A DNA stretch of 64,000 nt, taken from positions 15,252,001-15,316,000 of the forward strand of contig JBHGNT010000013.1 in the NCBI GenBank assembly GCA_043228905.1, read 5' to 3'. The notes under the pieces are model-generated. The model saw only the letters and a program-made list of their open reading frames with translations, had not been told where the DNA came from and did no database searches. Positions 12,266-25,600 of this stretch are shown piece by piece. The position numbers and the translations under genes were made by a program. This DNA comes from Azolla caroliniana (taxonomy: Eukaryota > Plantae > Polypodiophyta). Every line of letters starts with the position of its first letter. The stretch's first letter is position 1.

Positions 12266-13384
12266 TGTCGTGAAGATTCGGAGCCATGGTGAGAAACTAG
12301 GGAATATCGCAAGAATCGGCGGGGTGGAGCATGTGCACTCACCCTTGTACAAATGGTGTAGGTAATGGGGGGTGCCTTTATGGCGCTGAGTAGGAGTTAA
12401 TTTGGGACAGAGAATCCCATGTAAGTCAGGATTTATCCCACATAGTCACGCGACCCTCACCTTGTTCTATAAAAGGGAGGGTGCGCCCCTTGTGAAGGGG
12501 TTCCCATTCGTGGGTTCCATTTGGTGTTAATAAACTTTTGTGTATAACGTCGATTTCTGTCTTCTCTTCATCTTGGGGTGTGTTGTCTCTATTCTCTATT
12601 AGGGTTTCAGTGTCATCTGTGTGCGTGCATAAGCAGTGTGTTCGGTTGTGGTAGAAAACTTGTAGATTGTCCACGCCTTTCTTGAGTTCCTGCTTGTTGG
12701 TTCTCAGCACTCCACGGTCCGGTATGTCTGTGTGTGTGTGTGTGTGTAGGTGTTGGCTTCTGTCGCTTGTGAGGAGCCTGCGTGCTAGGTGGTTCGTTGG
12801 TAGGTTTCCCTCCTTGGCGCGCAAGACCCAACTTGAGTCAGCGAGCCTGTGCACTTCTTGTAGGCGGCTTCGTTACAGGAGGTGGCCGTTCTGGAAGAGG
12901 TGTGCCCTGCACGAAGGTCCCATCGCGCGAACAAGCCTAAGAGCTCCCCGATTGACCCTAGGATGTAGGCTCCCTCTTCCTCTTCGTGTGGAATTGGCGT
13001 CGCAGCGAGCGTCGCATATATATGTGTTTCCGGTTAGGGTAGGGTCCGAGAGCGGGTGCATGCGTGGTCGCCGGTGTAGAGGTGCCGGTTGTAGCTAGGT
13101 GTGTATATGTGTGTGTGCGTGTGCGCGGGCGCGGTTAACCGAGTTGTGCCCTGTGCCTCTTTTGGGCCCCTTGTACATACAGGCAGAAGGGGCGGCAAGG
13201 ACAAGGGCGCGCTCTTGCACTTCTCGTGCGATTACCGGTCGCATCCGGAGAGTATCTGGGATCGAACCGACTGGAAATCAGGCAAGCTCCGGAGGATTCG
13301 GGTTCCCAACAACTCCTCCCCTCTTGGTCCATGACCCCGGTGGTCCCGCTCGGATCCGACATGCAAGCGCGGATTACCGTGACG
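12266..13384 (+). repeat. 3' LTR of the non-autonomous element
   Basis: Starts TGTCGTGAAGA, preceded by a PPT, homologous to 7770-8889 with scattered substitutions. Confidence 0.9.
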
Positions 13385-14713
13385 ACGGAGTCGTCGACAT
13401 TATCCTTCACCTTGTAAATTCATCTGCAACTGATCGCCTTCTTGTGTGGTGAGTGAGGAACGAGATCCCATGTCTCTTCTTGCATAGTGCATGTATCTCC
13501 TCGTTCATTGCTTTGACCCATTGTGGATCCTTGGTTTCTTCCGAAAAAATTTCCGGTTCTCGAACTATCACGAACTTCATCATAAAGGCATCGTGATATG
13601 CCATATAATCGTTGTAGCCAAATCGGCTAACAAGATTCTTCTCACAGCTGGAGCGACAAAGTTTTTCGTTTGCCGCAGCAATGACTTTCTTTGCGCCAGG
13701 TGTCCTCAAAATGGGTACATCGAAGAAGCCGAACTCACTATCGAGGGAGTGAGTTGATTCATTGCCGTCGAATTGATTGTCTTCATACTCCGGCATTTTC
13801 GCCTTGCCTTTGTCCATCTTCGGACTAGGCCGAGATTTGCTTTGGTCGCTCGGGGGCCCACTAAGCCTTGTCGTAATTGGACTTTCTTCGAACATTGTTC
13901 TAGTTTATCTCCATCTTCTATCTCTTGTTCGGCGGATTTCGGGTCGATTAGAAATGATTCGGGAGGAGTCGACTTGGGTTTGTACCATGATGCCGATTCG
14001 AAGACTACGTCTCGACTCACACAAACCTTCCGAGTTGAGGGGTTATAGCACTTGTACCCCTTTTGCTCCAGTGAGTATCCTATGAGGATACAATTCTCCG
14101 ACATCGGGTCGAGCTTTTGTCACTTTTCGTCGGGGACAAGCACGTATGCAATGGAGCAGAATATTTAGAACATGTGATAGATCCGGTTTCTTTCCGAAAA
14201 ACTTCTCGTGTGGGGTAACCTCATGCACGCCGGATGTTGTACACCGGTTCATTAGGTAGACGACTGTGTTGGCGGCTTTTGCCCAGTACGACTTCGTCCT
14301 GTGCTTCTCGTTAAGCATGGGCCGTGCTACTTCGAGGATGTGCGGATTCTTTCGTTCGGCTAGTCCGTTATGTTGTGGTGTATGTCGACACGAAAACTCC
14401 CGCTGAATTCCTTCTTTCCGAAAAAAAGTCGAGAATTCCTCAGAGAAGTACTCTTTTCCTCCATCCGACAGAAGACATTGTACATGACGGCCGGTCGTCT
14501 TTTCGACTTCGCTTTTGAATTTCTAGAAGTGTTCGAACACTTCACTCTTTTGGAAAAAATTGCCGATAAAGCCCACATAGTATTGGCATTCGCCGAATGT
14601 AGCCGTTTGAGGTGGTCCCCATACATCGTAATGAATTACGTTGAGTACGCCTTTGCTCACGTTCCTCTCCTTCCTGTTGCTTGCCAAATTGGCAGGCTAC
14701 ACATACGCCTTCA

Positions 14714-15271
14714 TGTTGGGAAGTCGGTCCCTCCGGATGGGATCCAGTTACGAATGAAGAGGACCCAATGAGAACCGGAAGTGATCCAGAAACCAGATCG
14801 GATGGACCCGGTGAGAACCGGAAGAGAAGACATATTTGTAAATATGCTTTGAGTAAGCCTATTGAGGCTATATTTGTAAATAGCCCTAAGTTCATATGAG
14901 TATAAATATGACTTAGGGCAATCACAGAAGTAAGTGTTGTCATTTTGTTGTATGTGCATAACTATTGTATATATAGAGAGAGAGATACAGAGCGATACTT
15001 TGTTGTAACCGCCGCCTGGCGAAGATACAGAGCTCGAGATCGTTGCCGTCGAGTCTCTGATTGTACCTTTCTTATATAGTGATAGTTTGGAGTCTGTGGG
15101 CTCCCGTGGTTTTTTCCCTATTAGGGTTTTCCACATAAACATCTTGTGTACTCTCTATTGTTCATGTGTGTACGTGTACTAATCTCCAACCTCATTTCTG
15201 TGTTTGATTCTCAAAGTAGTGATCTAAGACTCGGTTGTGGTCAAGTGATATTACGAGTAGTATTCTCTTCA
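14714..15271 (+). mobile_element. Solo LTR (copia-type) inserted in copia C
   Basis: TG...CA ends with a 5-bp TSD CTTCA (14709-14713 / 15272-15276). TATAAATA at ~14901 and a CCGTGGTTTTTTCCC..AGGGTTTTCCAC motif typical of plant copia LTRs. The host sequence rejoins (compare 32731-32760). Confidence 0.88.
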
Positions 15272-17636
15272 CTTCAATCTCTTTCTCTTTGAAGGTCGGG
15301 AGTTCGATGACGACTCCTTTCGACTGCATTGCCTTCAGCTTTTGGAGGTTGATGTGGTCAATCCGCTTGTGCCACAACTCTATGTCGGTGTCGGCTTTGG
15401 TGGCTTTTGCAAATATGGCTGATTTCATCTCGCGCAAGTTGAGAATGAACATTTGGCCCTCTCTTCATCCGCGAGCGATGAGAAGACCCTCTTTCTCGAT
15501 GAAGCAACCGCCTTGATTGAATCGAACTTGCATCCATTGCTCAACAATTTGGCCAAGGGAGACCAAATTCTTCGTAATGGTTGGTACATGCAAGACATTC
15601 ATAATGTATGTTTTGTTACCTTCTTTTCCGAATGGAACACTGCCGATGTGCCGAATCGGATGAGTAGTGTCGTCTCCGGTTTCGACATAACAGGGTCGAT
15701 CCGGCTCTCGAAGTTCTTTGAACCATTCTTGATGAGACGTCATATGACTTGAGGCATTGGAGTCGACAAACCATATGTCTTCCGAACTAGAGGCATTATT
15801 TGAAGTAGAGGCCAATATAGAATTTGCTCTATTTCTCATCACGAACATTCCACCATGATCGTTATATTCAGAGTTGGTGGCTTAATTGGTGAGTTGTCAG
15901 GGTGTGGAAGTTGACTCACGCTTCTTGTTTCGGCACTCTTCTTCGTAGTGGCCGATTTTGCCGCAATATCCGCACTCGATCGAGGTTTGTTGGCTTGGAC
16001 CAGAATGGAAGCTCCCCTTCTTCCGAAGGCTCCTTGATGGCCTCTGCCTTGTTGCCGAAATTGTGAGTTGTTTTCGTAAGTCGGGCGTCTTCCACCTCGT
16101 CCTTGGCCAAATTGGCCTCTTGCTCATCCACGTTCTCTTCCTCCGTTCGAATGCGTGTAGAGCATGTGGCCTTCCGAGGCATTGCTCCTTGTTCGAACAT
16201 GGTTTTCTTCAACCAACAACATTTATTGAAGCTCGAAGAAGGAGGGAGGATTCTCCCGTGCTAGTACGGCGGTCCTCGTCGCGTCAAACTGTGGTGCAAG
16301 GTCTCCGAGGCATATTTGCACCATCTCATCATCGTCCACATTGATGCTTATTGAGTTGAGCAAGTCACAAAGCTCCTTGATCTTCAAGGTGTAGCTTGTG
16401 ATGGACATATCCCTTTGTTGAATATTATTGAACTCTTGGCAAAGTTGAAGCTTTCTTGCGGTTGTGTTCGCCGCGAAAATCTTCCGTAGATTCTCCCACG
16501 CTTCCTTCGGCGTCTCGGCTTCTCGAATGTATCTGAGCATGTGGTCATGAACACATGTCGCCAAACAATACATCACTCAGCTTGCTGCTTGCTCCCATGT
16601 TGCGTGGTCGACGTCTTTCGGGTCGGGTGGATTTTCTTGTGCTCCTTTGATGTAGCTCCAACAAGGTCAACCTCTCTGTTCATTAACTTACTACAACAAC
16701 CACTCTCTCTTGGTGAATGTGGAGAATCATTAGTTATGGGGAATATGAAACTCATTAGTTATGTGTCATAGAATATGATTCTATGCCACATAGTTAATGT
16801 GTAGAGAGTAGTGGTGTGACTTTTGACCTTTGAGTGCTCGTAGATTCTCAAAGGGTGTGTTCACACACAAGGCTAGGTTGAGCTTGATTCTTAACACGCC
16901 CCTCAAGCTCAACTTGGTTGGCTCCTTTCGGTTGATGTCTGCTTTGTTTAGTATCCGGTTCAGACGATATTCGGTGTCTGCTTCGGCTAGTACCTGGTTC
17001 GGATGGTATCCGATTCTCTCTTGTACTCCCCCTCAAGCTTGGCAAGTCAGGATCGTGAATCCAAGGTCTGACATGAATTGTCGAAGCTTGTCGGCACCTA
17101 AGGCTTTGATGAAGATGTCGGTTGTCTGAAGATGCGTGCTGATCTGTTGACGGTCAACATCTCCTCCTTGAACGTGCTCTCGAATGAAGTGATAGTGCAC
17201 TTCGATATGCTTTGTGTGTGTGTGGAACACGGGGTTCCAAGTAAGATAAATACTGCTCATGTTATCGTAGTAGAGGGGAGTTGGATCCTTGATGGGAACG
17301 CCTAGATCCTTCAAAATACTCTTGAGCCATACGGCTTCACATGTAGCCGCGACTGCACCCATGTATCCGGCATCTGTGCTCAAAAGTGGAACAGTCGGTT
17401 ACTTCTTGCTACTCCACGAAATCGCTCCGCTGCCGAGGGAGAAAACAAATTTGGAGGTCGATCATTGATCGGCTTTGTAACTGGCCCAGTCGGAATTTGT
17501 GTACCCTTCGAGTCGAATTGGTGTGGCCCATTCGTAGAGAATACCACAATCCATTGTGTCGCTCACATATTGTAATACTCGCTTAGCACAATCCAAATGG
17601 ATATCACGTGGAGTTTGCATGAATTGGCTAAGGAGG

Positions 17637-17685
17637 TGTAAAAACGAAAGTGCGGAAGCGTTAGACAACCGGCTTAGCCAGATAG

Positions 17686-17733
<48 letters not shown>

Positions 17734-18104
17734 ACACATAGAAGGTACACAGGAGAGACAGAGAAAGAGCAGAACAAAATAAATCTATTATGAACAACTC
17801 TGTAAATTTCTCTTGTACATACAACGTGCTCAACAACACTATTTATACAAGTCCTAAGAGGACTGACAGAAGTACAGTGTACTTCAATGCTCACACGAGC
17901 ATCTGATGCTAACTACGAGACATTAACTACCTAGTAGTCTAGGCTGCTACTAGGCTTCCGATTACTGCTTGATCCAACTAACCAGCTCCCCAGCTCACCG
18001 GCTCGCTTGCTCACCGGCTCACCAATCCGGCTCATCTTTCCAAATGTCGATCCGGCTTAGGCTTATTCAGCCGATCCGGATCCGGTTGAGCTTGCCGCTC
18101 AACA
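17637..18104 (-). repeat. 3' LTR of copia B (contains (GA)n)
   Basis: Direct repeat of 30238-30666 with substitutions and indels. Confidence 0.93.
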
Positions 18105-21100
18105 CTCCCCCTCAAGCTCAACTTGAGGTCGGATCGTAGTGTCAATCATCATGGCAGCCAGTCCTTCCACCCGACTCCTTCTGGTGTCACTCCGCCTTGC
18201 TCGTGCTCCTCGTTCGGTTCGATCCCGTTTGCCACGACCTTTCTGATTCTACGCACCTCGACCTCCTTGGTCGACATGTTTGCTCAACAGGCCCAATTCA
18301 GCTCCCTCGCTGTTGTGACTTCGGCGCTTGCCGATTCGCCAATTCCTTCGTGTTGGCGTCGACTTTCGCTACCTTCTCATCCTCTTGGCCTTGAATTGAT
18401 CCGGTTCTTCTAAATCCTTCTATTGAACCAAATCGGTTGTCTCCGATTCGTTCCAGCTCTTGTTCAAATCGGTCGCTCCTGATTCATCTTCCGGTTCCAC
18501 GCCCTTCACCACATCGGACCATGTCCGAGTCTTGGCCTTCTTCTTTTGGTTGGCTTTGTCCTTCTTGACTCTGCCGCCACCGCCGCTTGTTCCGACTTGT
18601 TCGGATGTGTCAACTTCCTTTGTCGACTCGGCTCCTTTCTTCTTCTTGTCTCTCCCTTTGTCGGTTCTTCCCTCACCGACGCAACAATCGGCAGTTTCTT
18701 TGCCTTTGCCCGTTCCGGTGTCTTTGCCCGTTCTCCCCCTCAAGTGTGGCATGTCGAGATGCTGAACACCAAGCATTTTGATGAAGTGCTGCAACTTGTT
18801 CGATCCGAGCGGTTAGGTGAAGATGTCAGCAACTTGCCGATCCGTATGAACATACCAAAGTTCGACTTCACTGCTCAGGACACGCTCACGTACAAAGTGG
18901 TAGTGCACTTCTATGTGCTTTGTGCGAGCATGGAATACGGGGTTCTTGGCGAGCTGCATGTTGCTTATGTTGTCGCAGTAGATCAGGATTGGGGTCGGCA
19001 CCTCGATCCGCAGGTCTTGCAATAGTCGCCGAAGCCTAATGGCTTCACATGTGGCAACAGTAGCGCCCCGGTATTTAGCCTTAGTGCTCGAAAGGGCCAC
19101 TGTTGGCTGCTTTTTGTTGCTCCACGCAACAATCGCGCTACCAAGGGAAAACATATAACCAGAGGTGATGCATCGTCGGCCCAGTCGGCATCGGTGTAGC
19201 CGACTAGCTCTTCGGTTATACCATGCCGGCATAACAGTCCCGGTCCTTCGTGCCGCTCACATATCGCAAAATTTGATGCGTGCACAAAATGTGCTCCACG
19301 GTCGGGTTCTGCATATATTGGCTGACATGCCGACATGATAACTGATGTCGGGTCGGGTGATTGTCAAATATATAAGGCTTCCGACGATTTGTCGGAACCG
19401 CTTCTCATCGCAGGTCGGTCCAGAGTCGGGACGAAGCTTTTGGTTTCGGTCCAGGGGTGTGGAGATCGGTCGGCATTCCGTCATGCCGAACTTTTACAAC
19501 ATATTCAACACATAGTGTCTTTGTGAGAGCAATATGCCATCGGGGGTTCAAATCACCTCGATCCCAAGGAAATAGTGAAGGTCCCCCAAGTCCTTCATCT
19601 CAAATGCGTCCAACAGCTGGGACTTGACTTGGCTGATTTCATTGAGTCCGGGTCCGGTGATGACTAGATCATCAACATATAGCAAGATGCAAACCGGAGC
19701 GTCTGGACCTTGCCGGATGAACAACGAAGAGTCAGACTTGGTGGCCGCAAACCCCATCTTACGCAACCGGTGCATGATCTTCGCATTCCAAGCTTGGGGG
19801 GCTTGCTTCATGCCATAAAGTGACTTCTTCAGCTGGCATACCGCCGACTTGTTCATCTCCGACTGGAAACCGGGGGGTTGGGTGATAAAAACCTCTTCTT
19901 CAAGATGCCTTGAAGAAATCCATTCTTCATGTCCATCTGGTGAAGATGCCACCCCCTTGCCACAGCAACCGCCAGCACCACACGAACCGTCGTCATCTTC
20001 GCTACCGGAGCGAAGGTCTCGTCGTAGTCAATTCCGTGGGTCTGCGTGTATCCCTTCACCACTAACTGGGCCTTGTACTGGTTAACCGAACCATCGGCAT
20101 TGTGCTTTACCTTGTACACCCACTTACATCCGATCGGTTTACAATGTCGAGGAGGGTCAAATAGGTCCCATGTGTCATTGGCATCAAGTGCCTGCATTTC
20201 TTCCTCCATAGCGGCACGCCAATTTGCGTCCTTTGCCACTACTGCATAGCTCTCTGGCTCACGCACTTCTGCCACCTTGGTCATGTACGCATAGTGATGC
20301 ACCATGTACTCATTGTACCCATACCGCTTCACGGGGTTCTTCTGGCGGGAAGACCAGCGTAACTTATCGTTACCCAGTTTGAGGCCCTTCTTGGTTGGTT
20401 CGGTCTTCGTTGCCGAAGATCCGCCTTCTTCTGTTTCGGAGTCGGATCCGCTCCGATCCGACTCACCATTGCCGGTCTTGTGCTCCGGCATCTTCCTCTT
20501 CCCCTTTTCCTTGTGCGTGAACCGTCTCCTCGGTTCCTTGCGCAGGGGGAACAGGGCAGAGTCTCCACTACTCACCAGTTCATCTTCCGACTGGTCTGTC
20601 TGACCCAGTCGCTCGTTCAGCCCGCTCAACCGACGCGATTCCGGACTCACATCTATAGTCTTGAACCCTTCGTCTTCTAACTGGACTGATTCAGGCTCAC
20701 TAGCCTCATCCTCCGCTATCGGGTCGGGGTTGGAAGTCGGAGCCGGTAAGGCATACCATGATTCCATCTCATCAAACTCAACATCCTGGCTAACTCGAAC
20801 TTGCTTCGTCCGGGGGTTATATCACTTATACCCCTTTTGCTCATGCAAGTAACCGACCAGGATGCATTTCTTTGACTTTGCATCCAACTTCCTTCGTGTC
20901 TCATCCGGCACATGCACATATGCAATGTTACCGAATATCCAAAGGTGTCTCAAAGTTGGCTTGCGCTTGAAATACGCCTCATGCACGGACACCTTGTCAC
21001 CGATCCGGTTTTGGATGTAGACGGCCGTCCGGACCGCCTCAGCCCAGTAGAAATGGGGCATGCTCTTCTCCTCCAGCATTGCCCTTGCCGCATCAACAAT

Positions 21101-21825
21101 CAACCGGTTCTTCCTTTCGGCCACACCGTTTTGCTCTGGTGTGTACCTGCACCTGAATTCTCTCTAAATTCCGTTCTGTTGTAGATAACTGTTGAATTGG
21201 CCAGAAAAGTATTCTTTCCCGCCATCCGACTGCAGGCACTTGATCTTCCTCTCCGTTTCCCGTTCAACTAGGCTTTGCAGGTTCCGGAAACACTTGAAGA
21301 CTTCGTTCCTCCGCTCAATGAGGTAGATCCATATGTGCCGGTTGTAGTCGTCAATGAAGGAGACGAAGTATCGACTCCCGCCAAGACTAACGTTTTGTGT
21401 CGGTCCCCATACATCCGAATGAATAAGGTCGAGCTTGTTACGTTTATGGTTTCATTTGGTGGGGAATGGAAGCCGGTGTTGCTTCCCGAGTTGGTAGGCT
21501 TCACATATTTGGACCTTCTGGCCACTGAACTTCGGCAAACCGAAAACACCTTGTTTCGTTTGCAAGTCTTGGAGGCTCTGGTAATTGACGTGGTCGATCC
21601 GCTTGTGCCATAGATCAATATCCAATTCAATCTTCTGTCCTTTGGTGAACAAAGCGGTGCCGACGTCATTGGTGTCGAGGATGAACATCCTCCCATCTCT
21701 ACGCCCTTGCACAATAATCTAGCCCTCTTCCTCGATCAAGCATCCAAGGTGCGTAAATCGCACCTGCATCCCCTGGTCAACGATCTGACCGACTGACACC
21801 AGGTTCTTCGTGATAGTCGGAACGT

Positions 21826-22545
21826 TGTCGTGGTTACTACGCCCTTGCGTGTAGAAAGGAGGAGGGACCACGGGGGTCTCGAACCGAAGAGCGAGAGAGA
21901 GAGAAGAAAGAGAGAGAGACCCGATTACACAGAACCGAAGATCCGATTGCGCAGAACCGACGATTGCACAGGGACACGGCCCAACAAACAGAGATCACAA
22001 ATGAACGCCGACACAGATGGACGCAACAACGAGAGATAAGTACTTATGAATGCAAGAAAACAACAGACTAAAGTATTACAACCCACGGTGGGGCACAAAA
22101 TAGATGCTAACGAAAACGAACAGGGCGGCGAACAGCTGCCGACCCCTGTATGTCGCGACGCACAGAAGGGGAAAACAGGTCGGAGGTGCTGCAGGACGCA
22201 CTCGGGGCGTTCCACGGAACAACGCAAGCCTCCTCGAAACCTGCACAGGTACGCGATGGAGCAGAAGACAGAGAGAGCAGGAGTGAGAGAGAAGCTCCGA
22301 AATCGGTTCGGCAGCACTTCGTCCTCTCCGCAGGAGATCCCCCTTTCTCCTATTCTCCCTCTTCCTTTTTATAGCCCGTCAAGCGGCCGTTTGGCATTAA
22401 CTGCATACCAACCGAATCTGCCCACCTAGGATCCTCGTATGTACCTACTTCGTCCTTAGGTACTTCTTGGCGCGCGTGTGTGTGTAGAGCCGTTTCCCAC
22501 GCCTTGTTCCTCCGATTCCTCTTGTGGGCGGTTTTCTTCACGACA
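21826..22545 (-). repeat. 3' LTR of the intact gypsy
   Basis: Near-identical to 28276-28993; PPT GGTGGGGGCGGA (minus strand) abuts it at 22546-22557. Confidence 0.97.
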
Positions 22546-22617
22546 TCCGCCCCCACCTAACCGCGCATCCGCCGGCATGCGCCAAATTAAGTTGGCACGG
22601 AGAAAACCGGCCCGCCT

Positions 22618-25600
22618 TTACTCTTCGCCTGCCGGCCCTTCCTCGGCCCCGGATCGGTCGTCGCTGCTGTCCAGGAGAATCGGGTCGGGTTCGTCGTCGT
22701 GCCGCTTCTTGAAAGCTTTGATCCTCTTCCCGGCCACGGGTATCGCTATTCTCGTACCGTCGAGCTCCGCCAGATGATACGTCCCGTTGTCGTTGGCGCT
22801 CTGTACCGTGTACGGCCCGAACCATCTCCGTGCGAACTTCCGCGTTGCTCGGTGCTGGTTGTCGAGGCTGCTGTCGTAGACGAGCACCCAGTCACCTTCG
22901 TCGATTTTCTTCGGTCGTACCCGGTGCGTTCGGTCGAACCGGGCTTTGTTCTTTGTCCTCGCCACCCGGAGCTTCTCCGTAGCCAGTGCCACGTCCTCCG
23001 GTCTCCGCTCGAGCTGTCGTATACGTGCGGCCAACAACTCCTCCCGGCTCATCTCGTCCCTCCAGTCGACCGTTGCCCACGAGGAGATCGTCCGTTCAAT
23101 CGGCATGATCGGCTTCTGGCCGAACATGAGCTCCGTCGGCATGTACCCGGTTACCGAACTGTGCGTGGTCCGGTCTGCCCACAAAGCATAAGGTAGAAGT
23201 CGCGGCCAGTTACCGACTTGGCCTCCGCATGCCCGAACCAGCGCCTTGACGATCGGCCCGTGTCCGCGCTCCACCTTTCCATTCGCCTCCGGGTTGTACG
23301 CAGTGGTGAGCGAGAGTTTGACTCCCAGCCGATCGAACAGCTCCGCGGCTTCCTCGGCGTCCAACTCCCCTCGGTCAGCCACGATCTTCCCGACGCACCC
23401 GTACCGGCATATCACGTCCTCGATCAGGAACCGACACACGGCCGCGGTCGTCTTGTTCTGAAGGGCTCGGCCTTCCACCTGGTTCGTCAGGTCTTCCCGC
23501 GCTAGGACCAGATACCGCATCTGTCCTACCCCCATCGGCATCGTCACCAGATCTACCATCCATTTGAAGTGGATAGTCGGAGGGTACGTAGGGTGAAGCC
23601 CGTCCCGGTGTCGGACTATCGAGTGCATCTGACAACTCTCGCAAGTTGACACGAACCGATGCACGTCCCGGTACAATCCCGGCCACCAGTACTTCCCCTT
23701 CAGCTTTTCAAACGTCGCCCACGTTCCACGGTGCCCAGCCCAAGGGCTGTCGTGGTAGGCCGCCAGTAGCTCCTCCTGTTCTTCCTTCATCGCCACCACC
23801 CGGAGCGGGACGCCGTTCCTCTTCTTCGGGTGCTTCCACAAATGCCCATCTCGGAGAAGGAATCGATATGCTTTCTTCCGGATCCGGTTGGCCTCGTCCT
23901 TCGTCCATGACGCATCGGGCGTCATTGTCTTCAAAAACCCGCCGATCTGCAGCCACTCCCCGTCGTACTTGCTCGCGTCGAACTCGTTAAGCGCCGGAGT
24001 GCTCATCCCGTCGGTTGTTATGTATGCCGCCTCGAAGAAATCCACGCCGACTTCTTCGTCTTCCGAAACCATGCCGCCCTCGTCGTCGAACCTCGCCCTC
24101 GAAAGCATGTCGGCCATGGCGTTGTCTTTCCCGGAAATGTGTCGTATTTCCGGGTCCAGGGACTTGATGTACGCTATCCACCTGAGCATCGCCAGGTCCG
24201 GAGTCGCGCATCCGGAAACCATACCGAGAATCGGCAGGCAATCCGTCTCGATGATCACTTCCGTCCCTATCAGGTAGTCTTTGTCGGTCTTAACCGCCGA
24301 AACAATACCCCAGAGTTCGCGTTTAACCTGGGCGTATCCTCGCTGCCGTTCACTGAGGACTTTCGCGCCGAATCGGATCGGAAACCGATTGCCGTCCTCG
24401 TCTTCCTGGTTCACGACCCATCCGATCCCGGTCGGACTGGTATCCACCGTTATGAATACCGGGGTACCCTTCCCGTATACCGCCTTCCGGAGTGCCGGTG
24501 CCGCTGCAAGGGCCTCTTTCAGCTTCCAGACCGATGCCGCGTGCTCGTCTAGCCATTCGAACCTTCGCCCCTTTTTCAGCAACCCGTACAGTGGCTCCGC
24601 GACGTGTGCGTAATGCGGGATCCATATGTGGTAGAACGCGCATGCCCCCAGGAATCTCCGTACTTCCGTGACCGAGCTGCAGTCGGGCTTCATCGCGGAG
24701 ATGGCTTCTACCTTTGCCGGAGACGGTTTCCGGCCATATGGTCCGCACAGGTGTCCGACCACCATGATTTCTGACTGCCCGAAGGCCGACTTCTCCCCGG
24801 AGAAGGTGAGTCTCGCATCCTCTAGCCTTTGCAGCACCTTCTCGCAGTCGTCGATGTGCGTCGCCACGAATCGCCGGCATCCGTCCGGCCCGATCGTCTC
24901 GTCCTTTTCTTCCACCGGGCACCCCTTGATCGGGATGTCGTCCAGAAACGGCATGGTGATGTCCGGGATACAGTCCCTCAGAACCTTGTTCATCGCATTC
25001 ACCATGTGGGCCACCGAGTTGGTCCCTCCTTGCGGCAGTGTACACATCCGAACTAGGCCGAGGGGAGTTCGCATCGTCGTAATGTCTCTGCTCTCCACGG
25101 CCAGCTGGAACTGGTCGTACCCCGAGTATAGATCCCCGACCGAGTAAATTGACCTTCCGGCGAAGGCCTCCGCGAACTCGTCTATGGTCGGTCCGATCCC
25201 TGCGTTCCGAATGGTCACTCGATTGACCGGCTGCAGGTCCTGGATGAAGCGCAACGAACCGTTTTTCTTCGGTACGGTAAACCATCGATTCGAATATGGG
25301 GCGCTCGACGGCTCGAGAATTCCCATATCAACTTTCTGCCTCAGCAGCTCCATCAACTTCGGGATGTGAGCTCTCGGAACCGGGATTGGCTTGAGATTCC
25401 ATGGTACATGCGGTACCGTGAATATCACCATCGGCTCCACGATCGTCGGGTCAACGCACCCGATTTCCTCCGGCGAGAATGCGAAGGCTTTCCCGCGCCT
25501 TCCGAGCATTCTCCGAAACCGGTCTTCCTCCGCCGGCAGTAGGAACCCGCTCCCACCGATTTTGAGCTCTCGGAGCGTCTCGTCGGTGAAGGTGTGCCCT

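Larger units (their letters stand above)
7770..13384 (+). mobile_element. Non-autonomous (LARD-like) LTR retroelement with a non-coding internal repeat array
   Basis: About 1.12-kb direct repeats at 7770-8889 and 12266-13384. Trp-type PBS at 8894-8911, PPT GGTAGGGGGCGGA just before 12266, and 4-bp TSD ACGG (7766-7769 / 13385-13388). Removing it rejoins the host copia RT sequence (compare 31421-31445). No gag/pol motifs recognised inside. Confidence 0.88.
6556..16660 (-). mobile_element. Decayed Ty1/copia element C (gag-PR-INT-RT-RH remnants), interrupted by two insertions (7770-13384 and 14714-15271)
   Basis: gag (ETPKEAWENLRKIF, CGYCGKIGHYEEEC), protease (WFVDSNASSHM), GAG-pre-integrase (LWHKRIDHIN), integrase (CILIGYS..KGYKCY), RT (QMDVKNAF, LYVDD) and RNase H (GYTDADWA, RTKHIEVHY) occur in copia order, with many frameshifts and stops. 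Confidence 0.9.

Noticed and set aside
7957-13452. Many 100-220 aa ORFs in the non-autonomous element
   Set aside because: GC-rich, overlapping on both strands, not preserved between the two LTR copies, and no recognisable domains.
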